A stretch of 64,000 bases of DNA from Pseudomonadota bacterium (GTDB lineage Bacteria; Pseudomonadota; Gammaproteobacteria; JAKAQQ01), in assembly GCA_027365475.1 (NCBI GenBank), contig DAHXNI010000080.1, positions 69,490 to 133,489 of the forward strand. Direction: 5' to 3'. Every line of letters starts with the position of its first letter. The first letter of the stretch is position 1. Both the position numbers and the translations under genes were made by a program. This document shows positions 42,941 through 51,147 of the stretch, in pieces. Below the pieces are notes generated by a model, which saw nothing but the letters and a program-made list of their open reading frames with translations, ran no database searches and was not told the origin of the DNA.

Positions 42941-42959
42941 CACATTGAGAATTGCTGTT
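42941..42959. repeat. right terminal inverted repeat of the IS
   Basis: cacattgagaattgctgtt = rc of left TIR. Confidence 0.8.
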
Positions 42960-43240
42960 ATTTCGTCTCCAAGCTTGACATTTTAAAAATGGACATAGAA
43001 GGGCTGGAGGATGAGGTTTTCTCTTCAGATCCAGAAAAGTGGCTTCCCTTAGTTGATATGATCATCGTAGAGATCCACTCCCCTAAGAAGCTAGAGGTCA
43101 TTCGGAAAATACTTGGGCACTACCATTTTACGATGACACGCTACAGGTCTGTGTGGTACTGCATCAATCGTGCGTATGGTCGAAAAGACAGTGCAGAAAA
43201 AGCACTTGCGGCCCCTCAGCAAAGTTGGCCACACAGGTGA
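42960..43240 (+). pseudogene. C-terminal fragment of an FkbM-family methyltransferase, abutting the IS right end
   Basis: LDILKMDIEGLEDEVFSS...IIVEIH FkbM motif; N-terminal two-thirds absent; AT-richer than surroundings. Confidence 0.55.
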
Positions 43241-43540
43241 AATGACTCGTTTTCCCCGCGGTCGTAAACGCTTATCCTGTGCCTGCGGTTGCGTTATGGC
43301 TTAACTGCAGAAGGTTTTGATAAATACGCATGGGGCGATCATCCGGCAGAGATATTTCAAAACTAGAAAACAACTATGGCGTGAGTGAGCAAGTGAGGAT
43401 CTTTAGTTTGGCAGATCTGGATCGCGTTGAATAATCCAATAGTATGACGGAACAGGCCATTCTGCTTGGACGTGCCGTGCCCACCCTGGGTCGCCGGGTA
43501 CTGATCAGGGCTTCAGTCGCCAATCGCGTATAGTTGAGAG

Positions 43541-44608
43541 ATGAACCTGCGCAAAATCGTCCATATGGATATGGATGCTTTTTATGCTTCGATCGAGCAA
43601 CGCGACGATCCGGGGCTGCGCGGCAGGCCGGTCGTTGTCGCCTGGCAGGGGGCCCGCTCGGTTGTTTGCGCCGCCTCGTATGAAGCACGACGTTTCGGGA
43701 TCCATTCCGCCATGCCGGCGGTGCGTGCGGAACGGTTGTGCCCGGAGGCGATCTTCGTCCCGCCGGATTTTGCACGCTACCGAGCGGTTTCACAGCTTGT
43801 CCGTGACATATTGAAGAATTATTCCAACCTCGTGGAACCGCTGTCGTTGGATGAGGCCTATCTTGATGTCACGGAAAACAAGGCTGGTCTGTTGTCCGCG
43901 ACGCAGGTGGCACGCGCCATTCGCTCTGAGATACGCGGGGGACTCGACCTCACCGCTTCGGCTGGGGTTGCGGCCAATAAATTTCTGGCCAAGATCGCTT
44001 CGGATTGGCGCAAGCCGGATGGACTTTTCGTCATTCGTCCGCATGAGGTGGCTGCTTTTCTGCACCCTTTGCCGGTGACCCGACTGCCCGGAGTAGGCCG
44101 GGTCACGACGCTCAGGCTCGGGAAGCTCGGTGTCCAGACCGTGGGAGACCTCCAGAGGTTCGATCGGGTTGGACTGGAGAGTCAGTTTGGCCGCTTCGGT
44201 CTGCGCCTCTACGAACTTGCCCGGGGCATTGACGAGCGTCTGGTCGTGCCGAACCGGCCCACGCAGTCCATCTCGGCCGAGGAAACGTTTGAGCGTGATC
44301 GGCACCTCGAAGAGATCGAGCCTGCCATCCGACAGTTGGCCGAGAAAGTCTGGAAGGCGTCACAAAACGAAAAACGGATCGCACGCACCGTAATCCTCAA
44401 GCTCAAGACAGACGGCTTCAGGATCCTGACACGCAGCTACACGAGGGTTTTACCGCTCGCATCCTGCGAGGATCTCACCCGGATTGCCCTCTCGCTCCGG
44501 GAGCGGGTGGATCTTGATCCCGGGCAAGTCTTTCGGCTGGTCGGTGTCGGTTTAAGCAACTTCCGGGAACCGGATGAAATCGTTGCGCAGCCGCCACTTC
44601 TTGAATGA
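43541..44608 (+). CDS. dinB: DNA polymerase IV
   Basis: MNLRKIVHMDMDAFYASIEQRDDP... Y-family polymerase. Confidence 0.93.
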   Translation: MNLRKIVHMDMDAFYASIEQRDDPGLRGRPVVVAWQGARSVVCAASYEARRFGIHSAMPAVRAERLCPEAIFVPPDFARYRAVSQLVRDILKNYSNLVEPLSLDEAYLDVTENKAGLLSATQVARAIRSEIRGGLDLTASAGVAANKFLAKIASDWRKPDGLFVIRPHEVAAFLHPLPVTRLPGVGRVTTLRLGKLGVQTVGDLQRFDRVGLESQFGRFGLRLYELARGIDERLVVPNRPTQSISAEETFERDRHLEEIEPAIRQLAEKVWKASQNEKRIARTVILKLKTDGFRILTRSYTRVLPLASCEDLTRIALSLRERVDLDPGQVFRLVGVGLSNFREPDEIVAQPPLLE

Positions 44609-44716
44609 TGTGGCGTTCAGTTGTGTTGCCTTCGGGATAGGTCAGAAAGCCCAGATTGTGAGGATCCCGAGGGGAAATCCGCTATTTTCCGGTACCGATC
44701 CGAATCAGTCGCGAAC

Positions 44717-45406
44717 TTAGACCGCCTTCAGGCGTTCCACAACGAGGCTTGAGGTGGCCATGAGGATCAAATCCGGCAGGCGCTCGGCAAAAATCCCGAC
44801 CTCGACTACACCCGGGATGCACTGGATCTGGCGTTCCACTTGCGACGGATCCGCCAAGGGAAGACTCAGCACGTCCAGAATCTGGTTGCCGTTGTCTGTG
44901 AGGTAGCGCTCACGGAGGGCGGGAGTGCCTCCCATGCGTACGATCTGGCGGGCGACGTAACTGCGGGCAAACGGAATGACTTCGACCGGGACCGATACGG
45001 AATCCCCGAGACGGTCGAAACGCTTGGTTTCGTCGACGATGAGGATAAACCGTCGGCTGGCAGTCGCCAGGATCTTTTCCCGTGTGAGGGCCCCTCCGTG
45101 GCCCTTGATCAGCCTGAAATGCGGGTCGAAAGCATCCGCACCATCGACGTAGAGGTCGATGTCACCGGTTTCGTTGAGATCGAGAACCGGAATGCCGGTC
45201 TGTCTCAGGAGCGATGCAGTCTGTTCAGAGCTTGCGACCGCGCCGTCGAACTGATCCTGTATTTTACCCAAGCCTTCAATGAAATAACGGGTGGTGGATC
45301 CCGTTCCCACTCCGAGATAGCGGACGTTTTGAACCATGGACAGGGCCGCTTCGGCAGCGAGTCGCTTGGCTTTTTCAACCCACGGTGAGGAGCTGGTCGG
45401 CTGCAT
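44717..45406 (-). CDS. rpiA: ribose-5-phosphate isomerase A
   Basis: LGVGTGSTTRYFIE ... DGADA ... KGHGGALTREK. Confidence 0.9.
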   Translation of the reverse strand: MQPTSSSPWVEKAKRLAAEAALSMVQNVRYLGVGTGSTTRYFIEGLGKIQDQFDGAVASSEQTASLLRQTGIPVLDLNETGDIDLYVDGADAFDPHFRLIKGHGGALTREKILATASRRFILIVDETKRFDRLGDSVSVPVEVIPFARSYVARQIVRMGGTPALRERYLTDNGNQILDVLSLPLADPSQVERQIQCIPGVVEVGIFAERLPDLILMATSSLVVERLKAV

Positions 45407-45484
45407 CGGCAGGATGGTCTCGATTGGCTATGAAAAAAAGGCGCTGGGCTTTGGGCCCAGCGCCTGGATCGTCAACGGGCAGGA

Positions 45485-45913
45485 TCAGAAAATGGCACTG
45501 ATCGATGCTTCCCCGCTCTCATAGAGCGGCAGTTTCGGCTCCGGAATAAACGGGGCCGGACGTTGACTCGTCCCGGAAGGACGTTTTTTGGCCGGCTTGC
45601 GGGCCGGTTTCTTCTTCACCGAGGCCGCATGCCTGCTAGCTGCCTTTTTTTTTACGGCAGTCTTCTTGCCATGAGACGAAGCTTTCTTGGTCGCGCGACG
45701 GCGACCGCCAGCCGCTTTTTTCTTCGTTTTGCCGTGTGCCGCGCTCTTTTTGCGGGCTGCCACTTTCTTTTTGGCTGGAGCCTTTTTCTTCGCTACGACC
45801 CGCTTTTTGGCGGCGGGGCGGCGATGGGCTGATGCGGCTTTGCGGGCCGGTTTACGACGTGCAGACGACTTTTTGGCCGTCGCACTCTTCTTGGTCACTT
45901 TACGTTTCATCAT
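45485..45913 (-). CDS. histone H1-like Lys/Ala-rich nucleoid protein
   Basis: MMKRKVTKKSATAKKSSARRKPARKAASAHRRPAAKKRVVAKKKAPAKKKVAARKK...: low-complexity AKKK repeats. Confidence 0.65.
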   Translation of the reverse strand: MMKRKVTKKSATAKKSSARRKPARKAASAHRRPAAKKRVVAKKKAPAKKKVAARKKSAAHGKTKKKAAGGRRRATKKASSHGKKTAVKKKAASRHAASVKKKPARKPAKKRPSGTSQRPAPFIPEPKLPLYESGEASISAIF

Positions 45914-46018
45914 CGCGGAATCTCCGCTGTGTAACAACACAGCGGAGAGTATACACAATAAAAAATAAAATTCAGATTTTTTTTCTCGTGAGGTGTGCCG
46001 GCACCCGAGCGCGCGCGG

Positions 46019-46492
46019 TCAGAGCGGGACGAGAGTCACGCGTTTGATGAGATGCTGCCACTCCTCTGGAGTCACCGGAATGATGGAAAGGCGGTTGCCG
46101 CGACGCAGCAGCTGGAAGCCCTGAAGTGCCTGCTCCTCGCGGATTTTCCAGAGCGGGAGCGGGGGATTCAGGCGCGCGACGAGGTGCACATCAACCGCGT
46201 GCCAGCGGATGTGATCGGGCGTACACCGGGAGTCGTAATAGGGGCTCTCCGGATCAAGGCACGAAGGATCCGGGTAGCCCGCACGTACGACCTCCATGAG
46301 TCCCACGATCCCGGGCTCTGCGCAACTCGAATGATAGAGAAACACAGAATCCCCGATCCGGACCCGATCCCGGAGGTAGTTGCGGGCCTGATAGTTGCGA
46401 ATGCCATCCCAACGGGTGGTCTGCTTCGGGGCCGCGAGGAGATCCGTAAGGCTGAATTCGCTCGGTTCAGTCTTGAAGAGCCAGTGTGCCAT
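46019..46492 (-). CDS. EVE (PUA-like) domain protein
   Basis: MAHWLFKTEPSEFSLTDLL...WDGIRNYQARNYLRDRVRIGDSVFLYHS typical EVE/DUF55. Confidence 0.8.
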   Translation of the reverse strand: MAHWLFKTEPSEFSLTDLLAAPKQTTRWDGIRNYQARNYLRDRVRIGDSVFLYHSSCAEPGIVGLMEVVRAGYPDPSCLDPESPYYDSRCTPDHIRWHAVDVHLVARLNPPLPLWKIREEQALQGFQLLRRGNRLSIIPVTPEEWQHLIKRVTLVPL

Positions 46493-46507
46493 GATCCAGC
46501 CAGGTGC

Positions 46508-47224
46508 TCAGTGTGCGGACAGCTGTTTCCAGGTGAGTTCCGGGAGCGTTTCGCCTTTAAGATACCAGCATCGGTCCGTTGCAACCGCATCGAGCGGAAC
46601 ATCCCAGGGATTGGGTTCGATCCGGTCGATGCGCTGGCAGTCATGCGCGACGCCGATGAGAAGGGGGAGGTCAAACCGTCCGGGCATGGGCTTCATCCGG
46701 AAAGCGAGTGTTCGATCATAAAACCCACCTCCCGACCCGAGACGTCTTCCGCAAGGATCGAACGCGGTCAGGGGTAGAAGAATACAGGGGCACGCTTCGG
46801 CCGGAAGGGTCGGTCCCTTCAAGGGCTCTGGAATACCGAATGCGTTGGCTCCCATGGGCGTCAGGGGATCCCAGAGCACGAACTCGAGCATTTTCCCGGC
46901 CAGGCGGGGCAGGTAAATTGCAGGAGCACGCTGGCCCATGAGCACCCGGAAGCCATTGGGATCGATTTCGTTGCGTACCGGCAGGTAACTTCCGATTTTG
47001 GCGATCGGGTGAGAGCCGAGAAAGACGGAGAGACGGTGGGCGAGAAACTGAGCGGCCTGTTCCTGCTCTTCTGCGCTCAGTCCGGTCCGGCGTACCCGCA
47101 TGGCCCGCCGGATGCGCGCCGGATATTCCGGATCAGGCCACGGTCGGTCAAGGACATCTCCCGCCGGCACCGTTACGGGCTTTTGCCCTTGAACCTTCGG
47201 TTCAGGTGGAAGCTTTGCGGTCAT
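46508..47224 (-). CDS. ygfA: 5-formyltetrahydrofolate cyclo-ligase
   Basis: ...GSGGGFYDR...; conserved downstream of zapA-ssrS; start taken at MTAKLPP. Confidence 0.8.
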   Translation of the reverse strand: MTAKLPPEPKVQGQKPVTVPAGDVLDRPWPDPEYPARIRRAMRVRRTGLSAEEQEQAAQFLAHRLSVFLGSHPIAKIGSYLPVRNEIDPNGFRVLMGQRAPAIYLPRLAGKMLEFVLWDPLTPMGANAFGIPEPLKGPTLPAEACPCILLPLTAFDPCGRRLGSGGGFYDRTLAFRMKPMPGRFDLPLLIGVAHDCQRIDRIEPNPWDVPLDAVATDRCWYLKGETLPELTWKQLSAH

Positions 47225-47233
47225 CTTCAGGCT

Positions 47234-47428
47234 CCCCGCATCATGGCGGGTCTGCACACCGACAGCCGGTCGGCCTCCGGGATAGATCAATAGGCTCGAA
47301 GAGAATCCCAGCCCCTATCGCATGCAGCAGGAGATGTCGCTCTCAATCATGCATCTATCCGGTACTGTTTGCAAGCGATCAAACGGTGCGCAATCGAGAC
47401 GGAACCGTTTGATCTCCGCGATACGGGG
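47234..47428 (-). ncRNA. ssrS: 6S RNA (SsrS) candidate
   Basis: ~195-nt non-coding gap between zapA and ygfA on the same strand (E. coli synteny zapA-ssrS-ygfA); ends CCCCGUAUCGCGG / CCGCCAUGAUGCGGGG can pair as a closing stem; internal perfect 11-bp hairpin gatcaaacggt...accgtttgatc. Confidence 0.5.
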
Positions 47429-47435
47429 AAACCCG

Positions 47436-47747
47436 TCAGTGCATCCGTTCCGCTGGGTCTTCGTGCGCGGCGAGTTGCTCGTTCAAAAGGTGGATGCGTT
47501 CAAGCCACTGTTCGGGTAACGGATTAGCCTGACGCTTTTGGGTCAGGAACTGGTGGGCGAGATTCAGCGCGGCCATGATGGCAATTCGATCGAGACCGAC
47601 CAGCTTGCCCTCGGTGCGGATTTCCTGCATCCGGTCATGCAGGAGAGCCGCCGCCTCAAGGAGCGCAAGCCGCTCGGATTCCGGGCAGCTCACCTGAAAT
47701 TCGCGATCCAGGATGCGGATCGTGACGGATTTGACCTCTTCGGTCAT
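47436..47747 (-). CDS. zapA: cell division protein ZapA
   Basis: VTIRILDREFQVSCPESERLALLEAAALLHDRMQEIR... Confidence 0.85.
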   Translation of the reverse strand: MTEEVKSVTIRILDREFQVSCPESERLALLEAAALLHDRMQEIRTEGKLVGLDRIAIMAALNLAHQFLTQKRQANPLPEQWLERIHLLNEQLAAHEDPAERMH

Positions 47748-47956
47748 CGTTCAATTTCGAGGGTTTTCAGGCGATGAATCATGGACTCGACCCGTGAGCG
47801 GACCTCGTCGCGGCTGTGCAGCAAAACCGCCCGTTCGCTTGCCATCTCACCCATTTTGGTTCGCAGCGACTGGTTTTCCTGACGCAGTCGGGTGGTCTCA
47901 AGCAGAACGAGCCGCAGTCGTTTTTCGAGAGTCTCGAGTTCCTCTTGCCAGTTCAT
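47744..47956 (-). CDS. coiled-coil protein of the ZapB-like / TIGR02449 family
   Basis: MNWQEELETLEKRLRLVLLETTRLRQENQSLR... heptad coiled coil, 70 aa, directly upstream of zapA. Confidence 0.6.
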   Translation of the reverse strand: MNWQEELETLEKRLRLVLLETTRLRQENQSLRTKMGEMASERAVLLHSRDEVRSRVESMIHRLKTLEIER

Positions 47957-48062
47957 GGAAGTCTCCAAGCGACGCTCAACTATACGAACGAATGGAATCC
48001 GGGTCAAATCGCCCGTTTACCGTACCGGTTTGACCCCACAGAGTGCTAGAATCGACCGAGGT

Positions 48063-48626
48063 ATGCGCCTCCGGCCGGATCAGGCAAGCATTTTGATCGC
48101 GCGTCATCACTCCGCACCCTCCGGGACCGAGCCGTCACATCAGCTTTACGGGGAGGTGGTGGGCTTCGTCTGTGCGGGCCACCTGCGTCCGGATGCTGAT
48201 CCGGATGATGGAGTCACCGCTTTCGTTCGGGCGGTTCGGGATCATTTTGGCTGGGGGGCGCGCGAACTCGATTTCTGGCAAGCAACGCAGGTGCCGCTCG
48301 ACCGCAAACTGGCTCAAGGGTTCATCGATTTCGAACTCGGTCTGCCAGCCGACGAAGTGGCTCTTGGGACTCGGATCGAGGCGCTGAGCGAATGGCTGTC
48401 CGGGTTCCTCCCGGCATTCGGATGGATGGATCCCAGGTTTCCACTTTCCCGGGAGAGTCACGAGATTCTCGAGGATCTCGCAGAGATCCGCTGCGCGGAA
48501 ACACCGGATGAGCCCGGTGAAGATCACGAAATCGCATTTGTCGAACTGGTCGAATACGTCCGGGCTGCCGTTCAGTTCCTATATGATGAGCGTCACAGCC
48601 CCTCAGGGCGGTCCGGTGCAGGTTAA
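48063..48626 (+). CDS. ygfB: UPF0149 family protein YgfB
   Basis: ...PSHQLYGEVVGFVCAG...IAFVELVEYVRAAVQFLYDE acidic C-terminus; precedes pepP as in E. coli. Confidence 0.75.
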   Translation: MRLRPDQASILIARHHSAPSGTEPSHQLYGEVVGFVCAGHLRPDADPDDGVTAFVRAVRDHFGWGARELDFWQATQVPLDRKLAQGFIDFELGLPADEVALGTRIEALSEWLSGFLPAFGWMDPRFPLSRESHEILEDLAEIRCAETPDEPGEDHEIAFVELVEYVRAAVQFLYDERHSPSGRSGAG

Positions 48627-48631
48627 AGAGC

Positions 48632-49945
48632 ATGAATCATGAGGAATGGGTACGCCGTAGACGCGCACTGGCCCGAGAAATGGGACCGGGAACCGTTGCG
48701 ATTCTGCCAGGCGCACACGAGAAGATCCGCAATCGTGATGTGCACTACCGCTTTCGCCAGGACAGTGATTTCCTCTATCTCACGGGATTTTCCGAACCGG
48801 ATGCCGTCATGGTTCTGGTTCCGGGACGCCCGGAAGGGGAATATCTCATGTTCCTGAGGCCCCGGGATCGTGTGCACGAAATCTGGACAGGACGGCGTCT
48901 CGGCCCGGAGGGTGCCATTCGTGAACTGGGCGCTGATCAGGCTTTTCCGATCGGGGACATCGGGAAGGTTCTGCCGGAAATCCTCGAAGGAGCAGAGCGC
49001 ATTTATTACACGATGGGGCAGAACGAGGAGTTTGACCACGAGATCATGAGCTGGATCAACCGGCTGCGCGAGCGTTCCCGTCAGGGGGTGGTTCCGCCGG
49101 AGACTTTCGTGTCCCTCGACCAACTGATTCATGAGATGCGCCTGTTCAAGTCCGCCGCCGAAGTGGTCGAGATGCGCAAGGCTGCCCGGATCAGTGTGGC
49201 GGCCCATCGGCGGGTCATGGCCCGGCTCGCACCGGGACTCCATGAATACGAGGTGGCAGCCGAAGTGCTCCACGAGTTCGCCCGTGAGGGCTGTGAGGAG
49301 GCTTATGCGACCATCGCTGGTGGCGGAGTGAATGCCTGCGTGCTCCACTATGTCGAAAACCGGGACCTCCTATGTGTCGGTGATCTCTTGCTTCTGGATG
49401 CCGGATGCGAATCAGCAGGCTATGCCTCTGATATCACCCGTACCTATCCCGTGAGCGGTCGGTTCTCAGCCGAGCAACGGGCGATCTACAATCTTGTTCT
49501 CGCCGCGCAGGAGGCGGCGATCGCGGCCTGCCGGATCGGCCACCACTGGAATGAACCGCATGAGGCAACCGTACGGGTGATTACCCAGGGGCTCATCCGT
49601 TTGGGGCTGCTCAAGGGTCCGCTTCGGGAGCTCATCCAGGATCGCGCCTACGAGACGTTCTATATGCACCGGGCTGGGCACTGGCTTGGTCTCGATGTCC
49701 ACGATGTCGGGAGCTACAAAGTGGATGGGGACTGGCGCGAATTGGAACCTGGCATGGTGCTGACCGTGGAGCCCGGAATCTATATCCGCCCGGGCTTGCG
49801 AGGGATACCCAGAGGTTTTCAGGGAATCGGCATCCGGATTGAGGATGATGTCCGGATCACCCGGAGGGAACCGGACGTTTTGACGCGGGGTCTCGTCAAA
49901 ACCGCATCCGCCATCGAAACCGTGATGCAAAGCCGGAGGCTCTGA
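48632..49945 (+). CDS. pepP: Xaa-Pro aminopeptidase
   Basis: FRQDSDFLYLTGF ... pita-bread metalloprotease motifs HGxGHxLGLDVHD, EPGIY, IRIEDD. Confidence 0.92.
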   Translation: MNHEEWVRRRRALAREMGPGTVAILPGAHEKIRNRDVHYRFRQDSDFLYLTGFSEPDAVMVLVPGRPEGEYLMFLRPRDRVHEIWTGRRLGPEGAIRELGADQAFPIGDIGKVLPEILEGAERIYYTMGQNEEFDHEIMSWINRLRERSRQGVVPPETFVSLDQLIHEMRLFKSAAEVVEMRKAARISVAAHRRVMARLAPGLHEYEVAAEVLHEFAREGCEEAYATIAGGGVNACVLHYVENRDLLCVGDLLLLDAGCESAGYASDITRTYPVSGRFSAEQRAIYNLVLAAQEAAIAACRIGHHWNEPHEATVRVITQGLIRLGLLKGPLRELIQDRAYETFYMHRAGHWLGLDVHDVGSYKVDGDWRELEPGMVLTVEPGIYIRPGLRGIPRGFQGIGIRIEDDVRITRREPDVLTRGLVKTASAIETVMQSRRL

Positions 49946-49983
49946 TCACTCCCCCGGGCGGAACCCGCATATGGGATGACGAA

Positions 49984-51147
49984 ATTGTCATCTCAGGTGC
50001 CGGATCGGTTGGCTCCGCCCTGGCCCTCGGGCTGGCCCGCTCAGGCTTTGGAGTGACACTCATCGAAGTGCGGAAAGGAGGGGTACCCCTTCAGGACCGC
50101 AGACGTTTCGTGCTGTCGGAACTATCCGCCCAGTGGCTCGGCCAGATCGGTGTCTGGGATGGACTTTCGGAAGGCGTGCAGCCCATTCACTCGATTCGGG
50201 TGGATGAACCGGGCGGCTGCCCCGTCGATTTCGAGGCGCGGGAGATCGACCTGCCCACCTTGGGTTATGCGGTCGATGCCGGGACGCTCGCCCGGGCTTT
50301 CGAGCGCGCCATTCGGGGGGAACCGCGCATCCGCTTCCTCGAAGGCGCGAGGATCCGCCACTTGGATTCCGCGAGGCCAGTACCAAGCTTAGAGATCGAG
50401 TTGGACACGGGTGCAACTTTAACTCTCGCCACTCGCCTGGTGGTGGTGGCCGAGGGGCAGGCCTCCTCTTTTCTTGAGGCCCAGGGGTTCAACATCTGCA
50501 CGCGGGACTCCGGTCGATCGGCGCTCGTCATCCGTCTCGAGGGTCTGTCCGGCGTGAGCCCGGATCGGGTTTTCGAGCGTCTCGGTGCGGAAGGTCTCCT
50601 CGCTCTACTGCCTGAATCATCCCGTGAGGCCACGCTGACTTGGACGCTTCGGAACGACCGGGCCGACGACTTTCTTGCGCAAGCCCCCGTGAGGCAGCGT
50701 ATGGAACTCGCCCGCCTGCTCGGGTTGCCGCCCGGGGGTCTCGACTGGAGTGAGCATCCCAGCCGGTTTGACCTTGTACGGCGCGCAGTCGATCCGCCGT
50801 ACCATGCGGGCATCCTCGTGATCGGTCAGGCCGCTCACCGCATCGCTCCCTTTGCCGCTCAGGGCATGAATCTCGCCTGGCGGGATGCCCGCGCGCTGGT
50901 CACAGGACTCATCCGTGCAGAGGAGACGGGGATCGATTTTGGCTCGGTCGCGTGGCTCGCAAACTACTGGCGTGGACGGCGACCCGATCACCGGCGCGTC
51001 AGCCATCTCACCGAGCATCTGCCACGCCTTTTCGAACCGCGCGATCCACTGACACGCTGGGTGCGGCGCTCCGGATGGTGCATCATAGGCATGGCCCCGT
51101 CCGTCCGGCGCACGATCCTGCGTTTCGGGCTCGGGTGGAGCCTTTGA
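49984..51147 (+). CDS. ubiH: 2-octaprenyl-6-methoxyphenol hydroxylase (FAD monooxygenase); start codon unresolved
   Basis: IVISGAGSVGSALALGLARSG FAD GxGxxG; ...IAPFAAQGMNLAWRDA; no ATG/GTG/TTG in frame upstream of the Rossmann motif before pepP stop. Confidence 0.8.
   Translation: MVISGAGSVGSALALGLARSGFGVTLIEVRKGGVPLQDRRRFVLSELSAQWLGQIGVWDGLSEGVQPIHSIRVDEPGGCPVDFEAREIDLPTLGYAVDAGTLARAFERAIRGEPRIRFLEGARIRHLDSARPVPSLEIELDTGATLTLATRLVVVAEGQASSFLEAQGFNICTRDSGRSALVIRLEGLSGVSPDRVFERLGAEGLLALLPESSREATLTWTLRNDRADDFLAQAPVRQRMELARLLGLPPGGLDWSEHPSRFDLVRRAVDPPYHAGILVIGQAAHRIAPFAAQGMNLAWRDARALVTGLIRAEETGIDFGSVAWLANYWRGRRPDHRRVSHLTEHLPRLFEPRDPLTRWVRRSGWCIIGMAPSVRRTILRFGLGWSL

Larger units (their letters stand above)
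40561..42959 (-). mobile_element. Complete 2399-bp insertion sequence with perfect 19-bp terminal inverted repeats, carrying a DDE transposase and a DUF4338-like accessory ORF
   Basis: aacagcaattctcaatgtg at 40561-40579 and its exact reverse complement at 42941-42959; both ORFs lie between them. Confidence 0.8.

Noticed and set aside
43374-43793. 139-aa minus-strand ORF
   Set aside because: Overlaps the dinB start region and the AT-rich remnant. No recognisable domain.
45960-46018. Palindrome ggtgccggcacc with adjacent T8 run as a rho-independent terminator
   Set aside because: The U-tract would precede rather than follow the hairpin on the plus strand, and it is an A-tract on the minus strand. 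Not a canonical terminator for either flanking gene.
45995-46777. 260-aa plus-strand ORF
   Set aside because: Antisense to the EVE-domain and 5-FTHF cyclo-ligase genes.
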